This document shows, in pieces, positions 13,279 to 26,140 of a stretch of DNA of 60,000 nt (positions within the stretch are counted from its first letter, which is position 1; each line of letters starts with the position of its first letter). The position numbers were made by a program, and so were the translations under genes. The notes beneath the pieces were generated by a model. The model saw only the letters and a program-made list of their open reading frames with translations. It searched no databases and had not been told where the DNA came from. This DNA is from Mobula hypostoma (taxonomy: Eukaryota): assembly GCF_963921235.1 (NCBI RefSeq), contig NC_086097.1:123940001-124000000 (forward strand). Direction: 5' to 3'.

Positions 13279-14011
13279 CTTTGCTTTCTTTTACCATCCT
13301 TGGTAATATTTAGTCGTTCAATGTCCATCCAGAGCCACCAGTACTTCTCTCCAGCTGTTCCCTGGAGAAAGCTTTTGAATTTTTCAATGTCTCTTCTGCT
13401 CTTGAAATTATAATTGTGATGAGGGGTCACATAACAGAAACTTTTGATATCATTTTCTTCGCTCGAAGAATCAGACTCTGTACTTTCAGCCCCTGTACCT
13501 TCAGTCAAACCATGAGACTTAATATTACTCAATGCAGGCGACTGTTCCACGTTCATTTGCTCAGTTTGAGAAACATTAGGCATCGGAGCTATTTGTGTAT
13601 TCCCATCCGAATGTTGCTTTGCCTCATGGATCACAGGGGATAGGTTGGTCTCAGTACCCTGGGTTGTTTCATCAGCAGCACTGAGATTTTCTTTGGTTGT
13701 TGTTTCACCAGTCCTGATCTGTTCTTTATGATCTGTTATATTGAAATGGGCATCAACTTTTTCTTTGTTCTTTGCTATTATGTCTTGCATTGGTTTAATT
13801 TCACTCTCTGACTTATGTTCAAAGGAAACTATCTCTGATATATCCAAAGCATATTCAGGAATGAATTCAAATAGTGTGTCATCCACAATTCTGGGTTTAG
13901 TGAAGCTGCTGGTGCAGCTTTCTTGTTCCAATTTGACCTTTGTTTTTCCAGATTTATCCAGAATTTTCTGTCTTTGCAGGCTGTGCATAACTTCATCCAA
14001 AATCGAAATAT
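13279..14011 (-). CDS. rgs22: RGS22-like large exon, 733 nt, ending FKSFLQGTAGEKYWWLWMDIERLNITKDGKRKQR
   Basis: ctttag acceptor (phase 1), AG|gtttgt donor (phase 2); C-terminal part matches RGS22 FKKFIKGTLGERYWWLWMDIERLK. Confidence 0.93.
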
Positions 14012-14334
14012 CTAAAGTGATTCAATAAATCAGGGAATCATTAATGAATCGTATCAGATTGATCGCGAGAATGTGATGAGTGTGCATATGGCTGATCATG
14101 TGGTAAACTGAATGGGCCTTCTATGCACAGAGCGCTCTTCATTTAGGCATGGGCTTTCAAGCGCACGTTTTTCGCCTTGGCACCTCTAGTTTGTTGCTCC
14201 TGCACTGTACGCTGCCTAGCATGTACCATTACTAAATGACTCAGACAAAATGTTTAATCATACTACTCCCTTGTCATTCTTGCTCCGCGCATACGTAACA
14301 ATTGAGAAATTTGCCATTTTATTCGGCCTGCTCA

Positions 14335-14885
14335 TTACACCTGTACACCTGCTCAGTAATGCAAATATCTAGTCAGCCAATCATGTGGCTGCAACTCAAT
14401 GCATAAAAGCATGCAGACATGGTCAAGAGGTTCAGCTGTTGTTCAGATCAAACACCAGAACGGGGAAGGAATGTGCTCTAAGTGATTTTGACCATGGAAT
14501 GATTGTTGGTGCCAGACAGGGTGGTTTGAGTATTTCAGAAACTGCTTATGTCCTAAGATTTTCCTACACAGCAGTGTCTAGAGTTTGCAAAGAATGGTGC
14601 AAAAAGCAAAAAAAAAGTCCAGTGTGTGTCAGTTCTGTGGCTGAAAATGCCTTAATATTAATAAGACAAGTCAGAGGAAAATTGGGCAGACTGGTTCAAG
14701 CTGACAGGAAGGTGATAGTAACTCAGATAAACATGCATTACAACAGCGATGTGCAGAAGAGCATCTCTGAATGCACAACATGTCAAACCTTAAAGTGGAT
14801 AGGCTACAACAGCAGAAGACCATGAACATATACTCAGTGGCCACATGATTAGGTACCTCCTCTACCTATAATGTGGCCACTGAGT
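14335..14885 (+). mobile_element. Tc1-like deletion derivative (transposase N-terminal HTH)
   Basis: LSDFDHGMIVGARQGGLSISETA...SRRP; gtggccactgagt terminus. Confidence 0.88.
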
Positions 14886-15637
14886 CTAAATATCATTGTG
14901 TACTGAGATTAATGGAGGATCATTAGTCAAATTGCATTGCTTTTACCCAGCAGGTCCCATCAGCTTTTACAGGTATTCACCCATTTCCCTGTTGAAACAC
15001 ATTATTGAATCTGCTTTCACTGCGTGTTAGGCAATGGATTCCAAATCATTGTATATTTTAAAATGTTCTTCTCCTGACATCAATTAAGTTAAGCCTGAGT
15101 TCTGTGATAACCAACTCTTCTGTCAATGGAAATTACCTCTCCTTATTTGCTCCATTGAGATTTTGAACACTTCTGTCAAACAGATTCTCAATCTTCAGTG
15201 CCCTTAAGATATAAACCACTTCTCGAGTCATTTCAAGTTTCTATTAAAAGGGCAAAGGATGAGCAAAATGTCAGAACAGCTTATCCAAAGCAGTGCAGGC
15301 AACCCCTGCAGGGAGGGATTTGTGTTCCCCATAAAAAGTCCATATCTTGATTTTCTATAACTTGAAGCTACATCATCTGAACATATGTCCTTCAATGCAA
15401 GTTGAAAATAAAATAAAAATTGACACATAACTTCCATGAAAGTGGATTTTTATACTATATCTCAGTTTCTTGGTACTGATGTGTAAATTCAGAAAGAGTA
15501 CATTTCTGTTACGCAAACACTGTAACATAAGGATTACCTATATCAGTGAAAGTGTTTTTGAATGCAAAACACAGGATGAGGTAACAGAACAGGCCGCTGG
15601 TCTCTTGCACAAAATACACACATATCAGTGAGTGCCC

Positions 15638-16370
15638 AGACTCATATTTATTTACACACGTACATTGAAACATACAGTGAAATGTGTTGCTTACATTATC
15701 AACCAACACACCCAAGGACATGATGGGGGAAGCCCGCAAGTGTTGCCACACATTCCGGTACCAACATGGCATTCTAACCATGCCCAGAAGAACAGTGCAG
15801 ACCACATCAAAACAGAACATGCCAAGCAACAAAGCAAGAACAGCAATCAAGCCCCATTCCTTTCTCCCTCCCACCCACTCACACATAACCCAGGACAGGC
15901 TGTCTTTGGCTTTTAGCAGACTCGTGGATTTACAGAAATTGGGTTTTTAACTTCTCCATCAGACTCAGGGCTCCAGCCATCAGTCCTTGACTTCTGGACT
16001 TCCGATTGACCTTTGGGCTTAGATATGGATTTCCAATTGACCTTCAGGCTTCCATCTTTAGGACCGACTCAAACTCGCCTATGATGGTGAATGAGAACCT
16101 GCACTTCATGCTTCGAGTTCTGGACTTGCCATCAGCCCTTATCCTCACAAGTCTGACAGCCCGACATCCAACCACATCCATGTTATTGACCTTCAAATGA
16201 GGATTGGAGGCAGACTCTGGCAAGTCCCCTAATTCCCCCCGCAACCCTGTCCCTTAACTTTAACCAGACACCTAACTCTGTCCCCAAAACTATCTCTAAT
16301 AAAACTAAAAACTCCCTAAAAAAAGGACTGAATCACGACCTTGACGGAGACTGCAGCTCAGGCACCATCT
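15638..16370 (-). mobile_element. Non-autonomous retroposon, same family as 16700-17595
   Basis: Shared 5' end agatgg(t/c)gcc..gctgcagtct..gtcaaggtc and shared 3' region. Confidence 0.65.
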
Positions 16371-16699
16371 AATTTACTCTACTTTCGAAATTTGGTTCCA
16401 TTATCTACAAAGGAAACATATTTCAGAAGCAGATTACACTGTGCAACCACAAGTACACATCTGTCAGCGACAGGAGAAGATAGGTTTCTCCCCAGGGAGT
16501 GGTTTGGAGTCTAAGACTTACTATCCAACAGCGTAGTAGAGGAAAAACCCTTGTCTTATTAAAAAGCACATGGATGTATACTTGAGGAGCAGCAACTTGT
16601 AGGGTTTGAAAAAATAGAAGTTTCGGATGATGGAACTGGGATGGGTTCAGTAGTTCGAATGGTCTACATTGACCATTTTGCATGATAATTTTTTCCCCC

Positions 16700-17595
16700 A
16701 AGATGGCGCCAAGCTGCAGTCTCTGTCAAGGTCACCGCACAGATGGTCAACTTTTTTTTTTCCTTTTTTTTAAGGTTCATGGGGGTGATTCTGGGGACAA
16801 GGAGGTGAGTTAGGGTTTAGGAACAGGGATGTGGAGGGAGTTTGAAGGTCAGGGATGGGAACGTGTTCAGATGTTAATGGACCGGTGAGGAACAAGGGCC
16901 GGTGAGCCCTAGGTACATGGATTGCGAGACTGATTCAGGATTCCATTATTAGAGAGTTTGGAGAACAAGGCCTGGAGATCCGGTCCTCATCCAGGATCCT
17001 CATTCGCTGTCACCGGTGAGTCCTGGGTGGATACCAAAGGTTGATGCCGAAAGTCGATCACGGTAACACCATCATAGGGGTGGCGTGGCAGCCTAGTGGT
17101 TAGCACAAGACTTTACAGTACAGGTGACCCGGTTCAGTTCCTACTACTGGCTGTAAGGAGTTTGTATGTTCTCCCTGTGACCACATGGGTTCCTCCGGGT
17201 GATCCAATTTTCTCCCACAGTCCAAAGACGTACCATTTGGTAGGTTAACTGGTCACTGTAAATTGTCCCCAATTACGCTAGGGTTAAATACGGGGATTGC
17301 TGGGTGGTGGCTGGATACCTAAGACAGCCTGTCTCCTGGGGTTAGGAATCTGTGATTGTGCGTTGTTATGTGGGATGGAGGAATGGGGCTTGATTAGCTG
17401 TTGGTTTGTCACTTGGCATGTTCTGTTTCGTTGTGTTCTGTGTTGTTCTGCTCATAGTGGGCACGATGTTGGTGCTGGAATGTGTGGTGGTGCCCCCAGC
17501 ACATCCTTGGGTGTGTTTAGTTGTTAACGCAAGTGAAGCATTTCACTGTACGTTTCGATATATATGCGATAAATAAATGAATCGCAATCTGAACC
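16700..17595 (+). mobile_element. Non-autonomous retroposon with nested V-SINE (about 17077-17310)
   Basis: aagatggcg start, aataaatgaatc tail; nested V-domain ggagtttgtatgttctccctgtgacc...cccacagtccaaagac. Confidence 0.7.
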
Positions 17596-17994
17596 TGCGG
17601 CCGTGTGTGGGAACTCCAGGTACTCGACCGCAGTAGCAGGAGGTGGCGTCATCTGGAGATGCAGGCCTCAGACATTCAGCAACAGCCGATGTGGTTGCAG
17701 TCTGTCCACAATGCTGAGTGTTTGTGGGCAGCTGATTTCAGCATGCGGTCAGACTGAAACTAAAGAGAATGCGGGTACTGTAGCTACCAGAGAGACGTTG
17801 AGAAGGACCGCATGGGCAGCTGAGGAGACCACTGCCTACACAGGCAATGATACTGAGAACACGAGTTCTAGAAACTAATTCCACAACCTATGGACTCATA
17901 TTCAAGGACTCTATAACTCATGTTCTCATATTATTTATTGACTTATTTTATTTGCATGGTTTGTCCTTTTTTTGCACATTGGTTGCATGTCACT

Positions 17995-20575
17995 AATACG
18001 AGGAATTCTGCAGAATGATGGAAATCCAAAGCGACGCACACCAAGTGCTGGAAGAACTCAGCAGGCCAGGGAGCATCCATGGAAATGAACAGTCGACGTT
18101 TTGGACCAAGACCCTTCCTCGGGATGGGGAAGGACTGGGAAAGACAATAGATTAAAAAGTTGGGGGAAAGGGAAGGACGATAGCTGGAAGTTGATAGGTG
18201 AAGCCATTTGGGTGGGAAAGGTAAAGGGCTGGCAAGGAAGGAATCTGATAGGAGAGGAATGTGGACCATAGGAAAAAGGGAAAGAGGAGGGGATCCAGGA
18301 GGTGGTAACAGGCAGGTGAGAAGATGTAGGAGGCCAGAGTGGGGAATACAAGAAGAGGGTAAGGGGAAGGAATAATTTTTTTTACCAGAAGGAGCCCTTT
18401 CTCCACCACTGATGCTGCCCTCACCCACATGTCCTCCATTTCTTGAACATCTGCACTCATCCAATCTCCTTGCTGCCGTAACGGTGCTAGTTCCTCAACC
18501 GTACTTCTGCCCCATGAGCCGCCAACACATCATTCTCTGTAATGTCCACTACCTCTATCACCAAACATATCTTTACCCCCCACCCTCTGCTTTCTCCAGG
18601 GATCACTCCCCCACCCCTGTGATTCCCTTGTCCGCTCGTCCCTCCCCACTAATCTCCCTCCCGGCACTTATCCCCGTAGGCCAGCGGTCCCCAACCACCG
18701 GACCGCAAAGCATAGGCTACCGGGCCGCGAGGAAACGATATGATTTGGCGATAGGAGTCAGCTGCACCTTTCCTCATTCCCTGTCACGCCCACTGTTGAG
18801 CTTGAACACACGCATCATCCATGTCAGCGCGGGAAGGAGATCAACTCCTCGAGCTTGCAAATGACGGCGGGCTGAAAAGTATGTTTGACATAACATCTCT
18901 GCCGGCATTCTGGATCAAAGTCAAGGCTAAATATCCTGAGATAGCCACGAAAGCACTGAAAACGTTGCTTCCATTTCCAACATATCTCGGCAATGAATGC
19001 AATGAAAACTAAACTGCGGAATAGACCGGACATAAGGAACCCCCTTCGAGTATCGCTGTCTCCCATCACCCCGTTAGGACCGTCTTGCTGCAGGGAAACA
19101 AGCCCAGGGCTCCCACTGATTCAGCGATATTGGTGTGTTGCAATGATTTTATTTGTTCATACGGGGGAAATTATGTGCTGTGTGTTTAATATCCAAACGT
19201 TACTTAAAATGTTATGATGCCATCTAACAATTACAGCACGGAAACAGGCCATCTCGGCCCTTCTAGTCCGTGCCGAACGCTACTCTCATCTAGTCCCACC
19301 GACCTGCACTCAGCCCACAACCCTCCGTTCCTTTCCTGCCCATATACCTATCCAATTTTTCTTTAAATGCCAATATCGAACCTGCCTCTACCACTTCTAC
19401 TGGATGTCTGTTCAATACTTACTTCAAGCTCCCCTGATAATTGACTTATCACTATATTCATGCGAGGAAAATATGCGCTGTGTGTTTAATATTAGATTCG
19501 TTAGATAAACCCTTTTAGAAACGAAGTTGAGTGTATTAGCCACTTATCGCCTGTATTGCGTTTGTGATTAACCCCATCGCACCCCCCGAACAGAATCGCC
19601 AAAAATGATTTGTGGAAGGAAATCGGCACCCACGGACATGCGCAAATCCTGCATGCGCAAGGCTTCATGGTTATTGTAGTCTTTCTCCGGGTAAACCCAA
19701 CGTATATGACTGCTACTCTTGTTCATTGGCAAACCTACCACCACCACCGCCCCCCAACCGGTCGACCGGTCCACAAGAATATTGTCAATATGAAACCGGT
19801 CCGCAGTGCGAACAAGGTTGGGGACCCCTGCTCTAGGCAGCCAAGGTGCTACACCTGCCCATTCCCCTCCTCCCTCACCTTCATTCAGGGCCGCAAACAG
19901 TCCTTCCAGGTGAGGCAACACTTCACCTGCAAATCTGCTGGGGTCGTCTATTATCTCCATTGCTCCTGATACGGCCTCGTCTACGTTGCTGAAACCTATC
20001 GTAAATTTGGGTACTGCTTTGTTGAGCACCTCCACCCCATCCGCCAAAAGCAAAAATTCCCAGCAGCGAAGCACTTTAAGTCCGATTCCCCTTCCCGTTC
20101 CGACACATCAGTCCATGGCCTCCTCTGTGCCGAGATCAGGCCACCCTCAAGGTGGGGAAGCAACACCTTACATTCCACCTGGGTAACCCCCAACCTGATG
20201 GCATGAATATTGACTTCTCCTTCTGGTCAAAAATATTTCTTTCCCCCTCCCCTCTTCTTCTATTCCCTACTCAGTCCTCTTAGCACTTCTAACCAGCCTA
20301 TCTCCTCCCCTTGGGTACCATCCTCCTTTCCCTTTTCCTAGGGTCCATTCTCCTCTCCTTATCAGAATCCTTCTCTCCAGCCCTTTACATTTCCCACCAA
20401 CCTGCCTTCACCTATCACCCTCTGGCTAGCCTCCTTCCCCTCCCCCCACCTTTTTATTCTGGCACCTCCCCACTTCCTTTCCAGTCCTGAGAAAGGGTCT
20501 CGGCCTGAAACGTCGACTGTTTATTCATTTCCATAGATGCTGCCTGGCCTGCTGAGTCCCTCCAGCATTTTATGT
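17995..20575. mobile_element. Penelope-like insertion with inverted 5' part (minus 17995-18390, plus about 18420-20575)
   Basis: RCYTCP...QVRQHFTCKSAGVVYYLHCS GIY-YIG region; hammerhead-like motifs at 18090-18125 (-) and 20482-20519 (+); flanked by two halves of one Rex 3' UTR. Confidence 0.85.
18682..19830 (+). mobile_element. hAT-Charlie/Buster non-autonomous DNA transposon
   Basis: TIRs cagcggtccccaacc / ggttggggacccctg; imperfect 8-bp TSD ccgtaggc/ctctaggc; dimerisation-domain peptide FWIKVKAKYPEIATKALKTLLPFPT; CR1 tail nested at about 19220-19435. Confidence 0.9.
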
Positions 20576-20889
20576 GGTTGTTTGTAACTAGTTTTTCATT
20601 GCTTCTATTGCATTTCTCTCCTCTACTGTGAATGCCTGCAAGAAAATGAATATCAAGGTAGTACATGGTGGCGTATACATATTTTAATAATAAATTTACT
20701 TTGAACTTTGAGGCATATCCAACCATTATTTGGTTCTGAATACTAATGGGGGAAAGGACTTCTTTGGGGAGTGTAGCCATAGGCAAGTCTATAGTTGGTT
20801 CATAAGAGCAGGCAGTGAGAAGTTTCAGGGATTTTATGGTGAGGATGGCAGGCTGCTAATTCTAATGTTACAGATGTAATTCCACAACA

Positions 20890-21188
20890 CGTGGCCAAAT
20901 GGTTAAGGCGTCGGTCTAGTGATCTGAAGGTCGCTAGTTCGAGCCTCAGCTGAGGCAGCATCTTGTGTCCTTGAGCAAGGCACTTAACCACACATTGCTC
21001 TGTGACGACACTGGTGCCAAGCTGTATGGGTCCTAATAACCTTCCCTTGGACAACATTGGTGGCGTGGAGAGGGGAGACTTGCAGCATGGGCAACTGCTG
21101 GTCTTCCATACAACCTTGCCCAGGCCTGCGCCCTGGAAACCTTCCAAGTTGCAAATCCACGGTCTCACGAGACTAACGGATGCCTATT
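20890..21188 (+). mobile_element. tRNA-derived CORE-like SINE
   Basis: A box tggccaaatgg, B box gttcgagcc, core gtgtccttgagcaaggcacttaacc, 13-bp TSD taattccacaaca. Confidence 0.85.
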
Positions 21189-21555
21189 TAATTCCACAAC
21201 AGGGATGTTGTTTCCCTGTGAATTGCTTGTCTGCTCTTGGCTCTATAGACCAGCAGAGAGCAGAGGTTCATGCCAGCTGGCAGCATGTGACAGTATACAC
21301 AGGAACTATGGGACAAAGAATACTACAGTGAATCAGAGCTCTGTGCAATGATGCTAAACATGACACCAAGTAGCCTCATTTCTTTAATCAATATTGCTAA
21401 GTTATTTTTAGCCTATTTTCTCTGAAATGGGTAACTCTGAAATGAGATACTCAGTGACAGTCAGTAATATAATTTTTCCTTATCTATCAGTCTCTTTAAC
21501 TCAGATGCCCTGTTCTCTGCACTAGACATTAGATATCCACTATCAAGCAAAATGA

Positions 21556-22632
21556 TTATAGAACATAGAACATTACAGCCCAATACGGGCCCTTTGGCTC
21601 ACAATGTTGTGCCGACCTTTTAACTATTCTAAGGTCAGTCTACCCTTCCCTTCCACACAGTCCTCTATTTTTCTATCACCCATGTGCCTATCTAAGAGTT
21701 TCTTAGAAGGCCCTGATGTACCTGCCCCTATCATCACCCCTGGCAGGGGATTCCATACACTCACTATTCTGTGGAAAAACTTAACCTCTGATATCCTGTC
21801 CATATTTCTCCAATCACCTTAAAATTATGCCCTTTGGTGTTAGTTACTTCCACTCTAGGAAAATATCCTCTGAATTTATGCCTCTTCAGATCTCTATCTT
21901 ACAGAGGATCCCTCTGTAAGACAACTCTATCAAGTCACCCCTCACCTTCCTTGACTCCAAAGAGAAATGCCCTAGCATTAGATATGCTCTCTAATCCAGG
22001 CAGCATCCAGGTAATTCTCCTCTACAGCTTCTCTTAAGTTTAAACATCCTTCCTATAATGAGGTGACCAGAACTGAAGACAATATCCCAGGTTTTTCCTG
22101 ACCAAGGTTTTACAGATCTGCAACATTACCTCACACCTCTTGGATTCAATTTTCTGACTAATGAAGGCCAACGCTCCATACTCCTTCATAACAACTTTAT
22201 CAACTTTTGCGCCAACTTTGAGGGATCTATTGACGTGAAACCCAAAATCCCTCTGGTCCTCCACACGTCTAAGAATCCGACCATTAAACTTGTATTTTGT
22301 CTTCAAATTCAGTCTTCCAAAATGAATCACGTCCCACTTTTCGGGATTGAAGTCCATCAGCTACATCTCAGCCCAGCTCTGTATCCTATCAATGTATCGT
22401 TGTAACCTGTAACAACCTTCTACATTATCCACAACACCATCAACTTTCATGTCATCTGCAGACTTGCTAACCCACCCTTCCACTTCCTCATCCGTGTCAT
22501 TTATAAAAATCACAGAGAGCATGGGTCTCAGAACAGATCCCTGAAAGATACCACTGGACCCAACCTCCAGGCAGAATCCATAACCATCCTCAGCTTCCTA
22601 TAAGCAAGCTATTTCTGCATCCACACAGCCAG
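21556..22632 (-). mobile_element. CR1 3' fragment
   Basis: LGYCLQFWSPHYRKDV; tagaacatagaac tail. Confidence 0.9.
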
Positions 22633-23014
22633 GTCTCTTCAACTCAGACGCCCTGTTCACTAAACTTGCATTTAGATATTTACTGTCAAGCATAAATGGA
22701 TGCTGCTTTTCTACAATGAACAGCCAATGAAGATTAACCAGACCTGCTTCAGATTGTTACAAAAACTTGTCTTGTTCTCAGCATCAAGAGGTTTAGTTAC
22801 CTAAATCTCAACAAAACTGTTTTTGAACAATGACAAAATGTAATGGATGCATGAATGACAAATTGAACTCATTCTGAATGCACGAGGAAAATCACTTGCA
22901 AGGTAAAATGGTTTAGTAAAATGCTGTTGACTGTCTGATCACTTTGCCATACAACACTGTCACCACTGGCAATTGCTTTTGATTGGGTAAAGTAGTGTTT
23001 GGTCCATTTATAGT

Positions 23015-23430
23015 AACACACAAAATGTTGGAGGAACTCAGCAGGTCAAGCGCACCTATGGAGAGGAATAAACTGTCGATGTTTTGGGCCGAGACCCTTA
23101 ATCAGGACTGAAAAGGAAGGGGGAAGAAACCAGTATAAAAATGTGGGATGGGGGGTGGGGGGAGGGAGTACAAGCTGGAAGGTAATAGGTGAAGCTGGTC
23201 GAAGGGGAAAGTAGGTGAGTGGGAGAGGGAGCGGTGAAGTGAGAAGCTGAGAGATGATGGTAGGTGAAAGAGGTAAAGGGCTGAAGAAGAATGAATCTGT
23301 TAGGATTGAAGAGTGGAACATGGGATTGGAGAGTGGAATCTGCAGGGAGAGAGGAACATTGGAGAAAGGGAAGGAGGTGGGGAACCCAGAGGGAGATGAC
23401 GGGCAAGTGAGAAGAGAAGGGGTAAGAAGG
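23015..23430 (-). mobile_element. Penelope-like terminal repeat fragment
   Basis: Degenerate hammerhead at 23072-23110; purine-rich body. Confidence 0.8.
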
Positions 23431-23656
23431 AATGTTTATGTTTTGAACACATCTGGGACTATTTAGCTAGACTGAAGAATTTCTGCTTTTTAAATTGTGA
23501 TTTTGTTGCTTAAGTTTTTACAACAATCTAGGCATAAAAAATAAATTCATGTTTTTTCTCTAGTTACGTCAGCCAGAATTCTGAACAATATTCAGTAACT
23601 CTGTGGCTCAATTCATTTTCATTAAAAGTAAGGAAGTTCATTGCATCATGTCTTAC

Positions 23657-23801
23657 CGGTAGTCCCCCTCTCTACAGGCCTCACTGTATCTCCAGTGGGA
23701 TGTTGAGTCCCAGCAATAATTTTGCTGTCAAACTTGGTGCTATGCATAGGAAACTCCTCCTCTTCTCCTGTGACCAACACCTCAGACAGGTTGCTGGAAG
23801 C
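23657..23801 (-). CDS. rgs22: RGS22-like candidate coding exon 7 (ASSNLSEVLVTGEEEEFP...RGTT)
   Basis: Non-repeat sequence, tgtgtag acceptor, G|gtaaga donor, open frame; phase 0 to 1 bridges exons 6 and 8; little recognisable homology. Confidence 0.68.
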
Positions 23802-23855
23802 CTACACAGACAAGTAATCATTTAAATCATTCCACTCTATAGCAAGTTTATCAGC

Positions 23856-24095
23856 AGAGACATAAGTGACTGTAGATGCTGAAATCTGGAGCCATACTCA
23901 AGATTATGGAGGAAGTCAACTGGTCAGGCAGTATCTATGGAAATGAATAAACAGCCAACATTCCAGGCCAAGACCCTTCATCAGAACTGAACTGAGTCCT
24001 TCTCCACAGATGCTGCCTGACCTGCTGAGTTCCTCCAGCATTTTGTGTGTGTTGCTTGGATTTCCAGCATCTGCAGACTTTCTCTTTTTTGTGGT
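23856..24095. mobile_element. Foldback Penelope-derived short element
   Basis: Minus and plus copies of the terminal segment joined; ctgatga core on the minus strand near 23978-23984. Confidence 0.7.
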
Positions 24096-24647
24096 TTGTC
24101 TTTTTTATACCTCTTTAACTATTTCCATGAAACTTTGGATAATTAGGGCAGCTCTTTAATTGGGCTAAAACATACCGGTCCCAATTTGTCCCAATTAACG
24201 GGAATCCACACTTGTTGCATCCAAATGAGGGTTGGGTGGTAGGCTGATGGGGGAGTTAGAAGCTCGGACGTGACAAGTGGAAATGTCAAAGGGCTGAAGA
24301 TGATGGAATTTGATTGTAGAAGAAGGTGGAGCATGGACTCGAGGGAGGGAGGAAGGAGAGGTGGGAGGGGGCGCACAGCCAGGTGGGGGTAATACGGGAG
24401 GGGGATGAGTGTGTGAGTGACAGGAAGATGGAGGGGGTGGTTGCATGTTTAGTGCACGGTAAGTACTCATTTTAGGACTATAGTAGGGAGTCAGTGGAGC
24501 AATAAACAACACAATTATATTGTGAGGACCTGTATCTTTACTTTCTGCATGTGAATAATACACTCTGAAATGTGACCTTTACACCAGTTGTCAGGCATCT
24601 CTTTACATCCCTTCTCCACTTTTATCTGTCAACATACTGTACATTTT

Positions 24648-25715
24648 AAGTCAAAGTCAAAGCAAATTTATTATCAAAGTACATATATGTCATCATACAC
24701 TAAGTTGAGATTCATTTTCTTGCAGGCACTTATAGGAAAATAAAAACTGACAAACAACCAAAGTGCAAAAGAAGACAAATTGTACAAAAAAAATTAATAC
24801 TGAGCACATGAGTTGAAGAGACCTTGAAAGTGAGTCTATAGGTTGTGAAATCAGTGCAGAGTTGTGGTGAGTGAAGTTATCCACGTTGGTTCAGGAGCCT
24901 GATGGTTAAAGGGTAATTAACTGCTCCTGAACCTGGTGGTTTGGAACTAAGGCTCCTGTACCTCCTGCCCCATGGTGGTAGTGAGAAGAGAGCATGGCCT
25001 GGAAGGTGGGGGTGGGGGGGGGGCCTGCTTCTTGTGGCACTCTTTGTAAATGTGTTCAAAGGTGGGGAAGAGTGGACTCATTCTACCACTTCTTGTAGAC
25101 AATTCCATTCCTGGGCATTGGTGTTTCCATACCAGGCTGTGTGCAACTGGTTAGGACATGCTCCACTACACATTTCTAGAAGTTTGTCAAAGTTTTAGTG
25201 ACATACTAAATCTTTGCAAACTTCTAAGAAAGTGGAGGTGTTGTCCTGCCTTCTTTGTGGTGGCACTTCCGTAATGGTCCCAGGACAGATCCTCCGATAA
25301 GATAACACCAAGAAATTTAAAGTTACTGACCTCTCCACCTCCAGCACCCCATTGTGGACTGGCTCATGGACCTCCAGCTTTTTCTGCCTGAAGCTGATGA
25401 TCAGCTCTTTAGTTTGGCTGATGTTCAGTGAGAGATTGTTGTAATGACATCAACCAGATTTTCAATCTCTCTCCTATATGCTGATTCATCACCACCTTTG
25501 ATTCGGCCAACAACAGTGGTGCCATCAGCAAAATTAAATATGGCATTGGAGCTGTACTTAGCCACATAATCAAAGGAATAAATTGAGTAGAGCAGGGAAC
25601 TAAGCAGACAGCCTTGTGGTTCACCTGTGCTGATGGTGATTGTGGAAGAGATGTTGTTGCCAACTCGAACTGACTGGGATCTGCAAGTGAGGAAATTGAG
25701 GATCCAGTTGCAACG
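24648..25715 (-). mobile_element. Rex1/Babar LINE 3' fragment
   Basis: Parallels 750-1900. Confidence 0.85.
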
Positions 25716-25844
25716 TTCTCTCTTTGAGCATCTGAAACACCTACTTTTAGTTGGTGGGATCGGGCGGGCATTAGAGGGAATGTTTCTATGTCATTACACT
25801 GGGCCAGATATGAATTGCTTTTTGCAGTAACAATGCTTTAATGT

Positions 25845-26140
25845 AACACTCTTCTCACTACTACCATCGAGGAGGAGGTACAGGAGCCTAAAGACACACA
25901 CTCAACATTTTAGGTACAGCTTCTTCCCTCTGCTATCAGGATTTTGAAAGATCAATGAACCAATGAACCACTAACCTCACTTTCTGCTCTCTTTTACACT
26001 ACTTATTTAATTATTTTACATATAATTTTTATTGTAATTTATCATACGTGTTTATGTATTCCACTGTACTGCTGTGCGAAACATCAAATTTCACGACATG
26101 TCAGTGATAATATTGTAAATCCAATTCTGATTTGAATTTT
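25845..26140 (+). mobile_element. Rex1/Babar-like 3' end
   Basis: ctaccatcgaggaggaggtacaggagcct...cagcttcttccc motif and 3' UTR. Confidence 0.7.

Noticed and set aside
15538..15604. Possible phase 1-1 exon (TSGLFCYLILCF...)
   Set aside because: Weak aag acceptor and no homology; cannot be supported without RNA data
20890..20965. tRNA gene
   Set aside because: The A and B boxes are the head of a TSD-flanked SINE; no complete cloverleaf
24529..24625. Possible phase-0 exon IKVEKGCKEMPDNW...
   Set aside because: Poor donor sites and no homology
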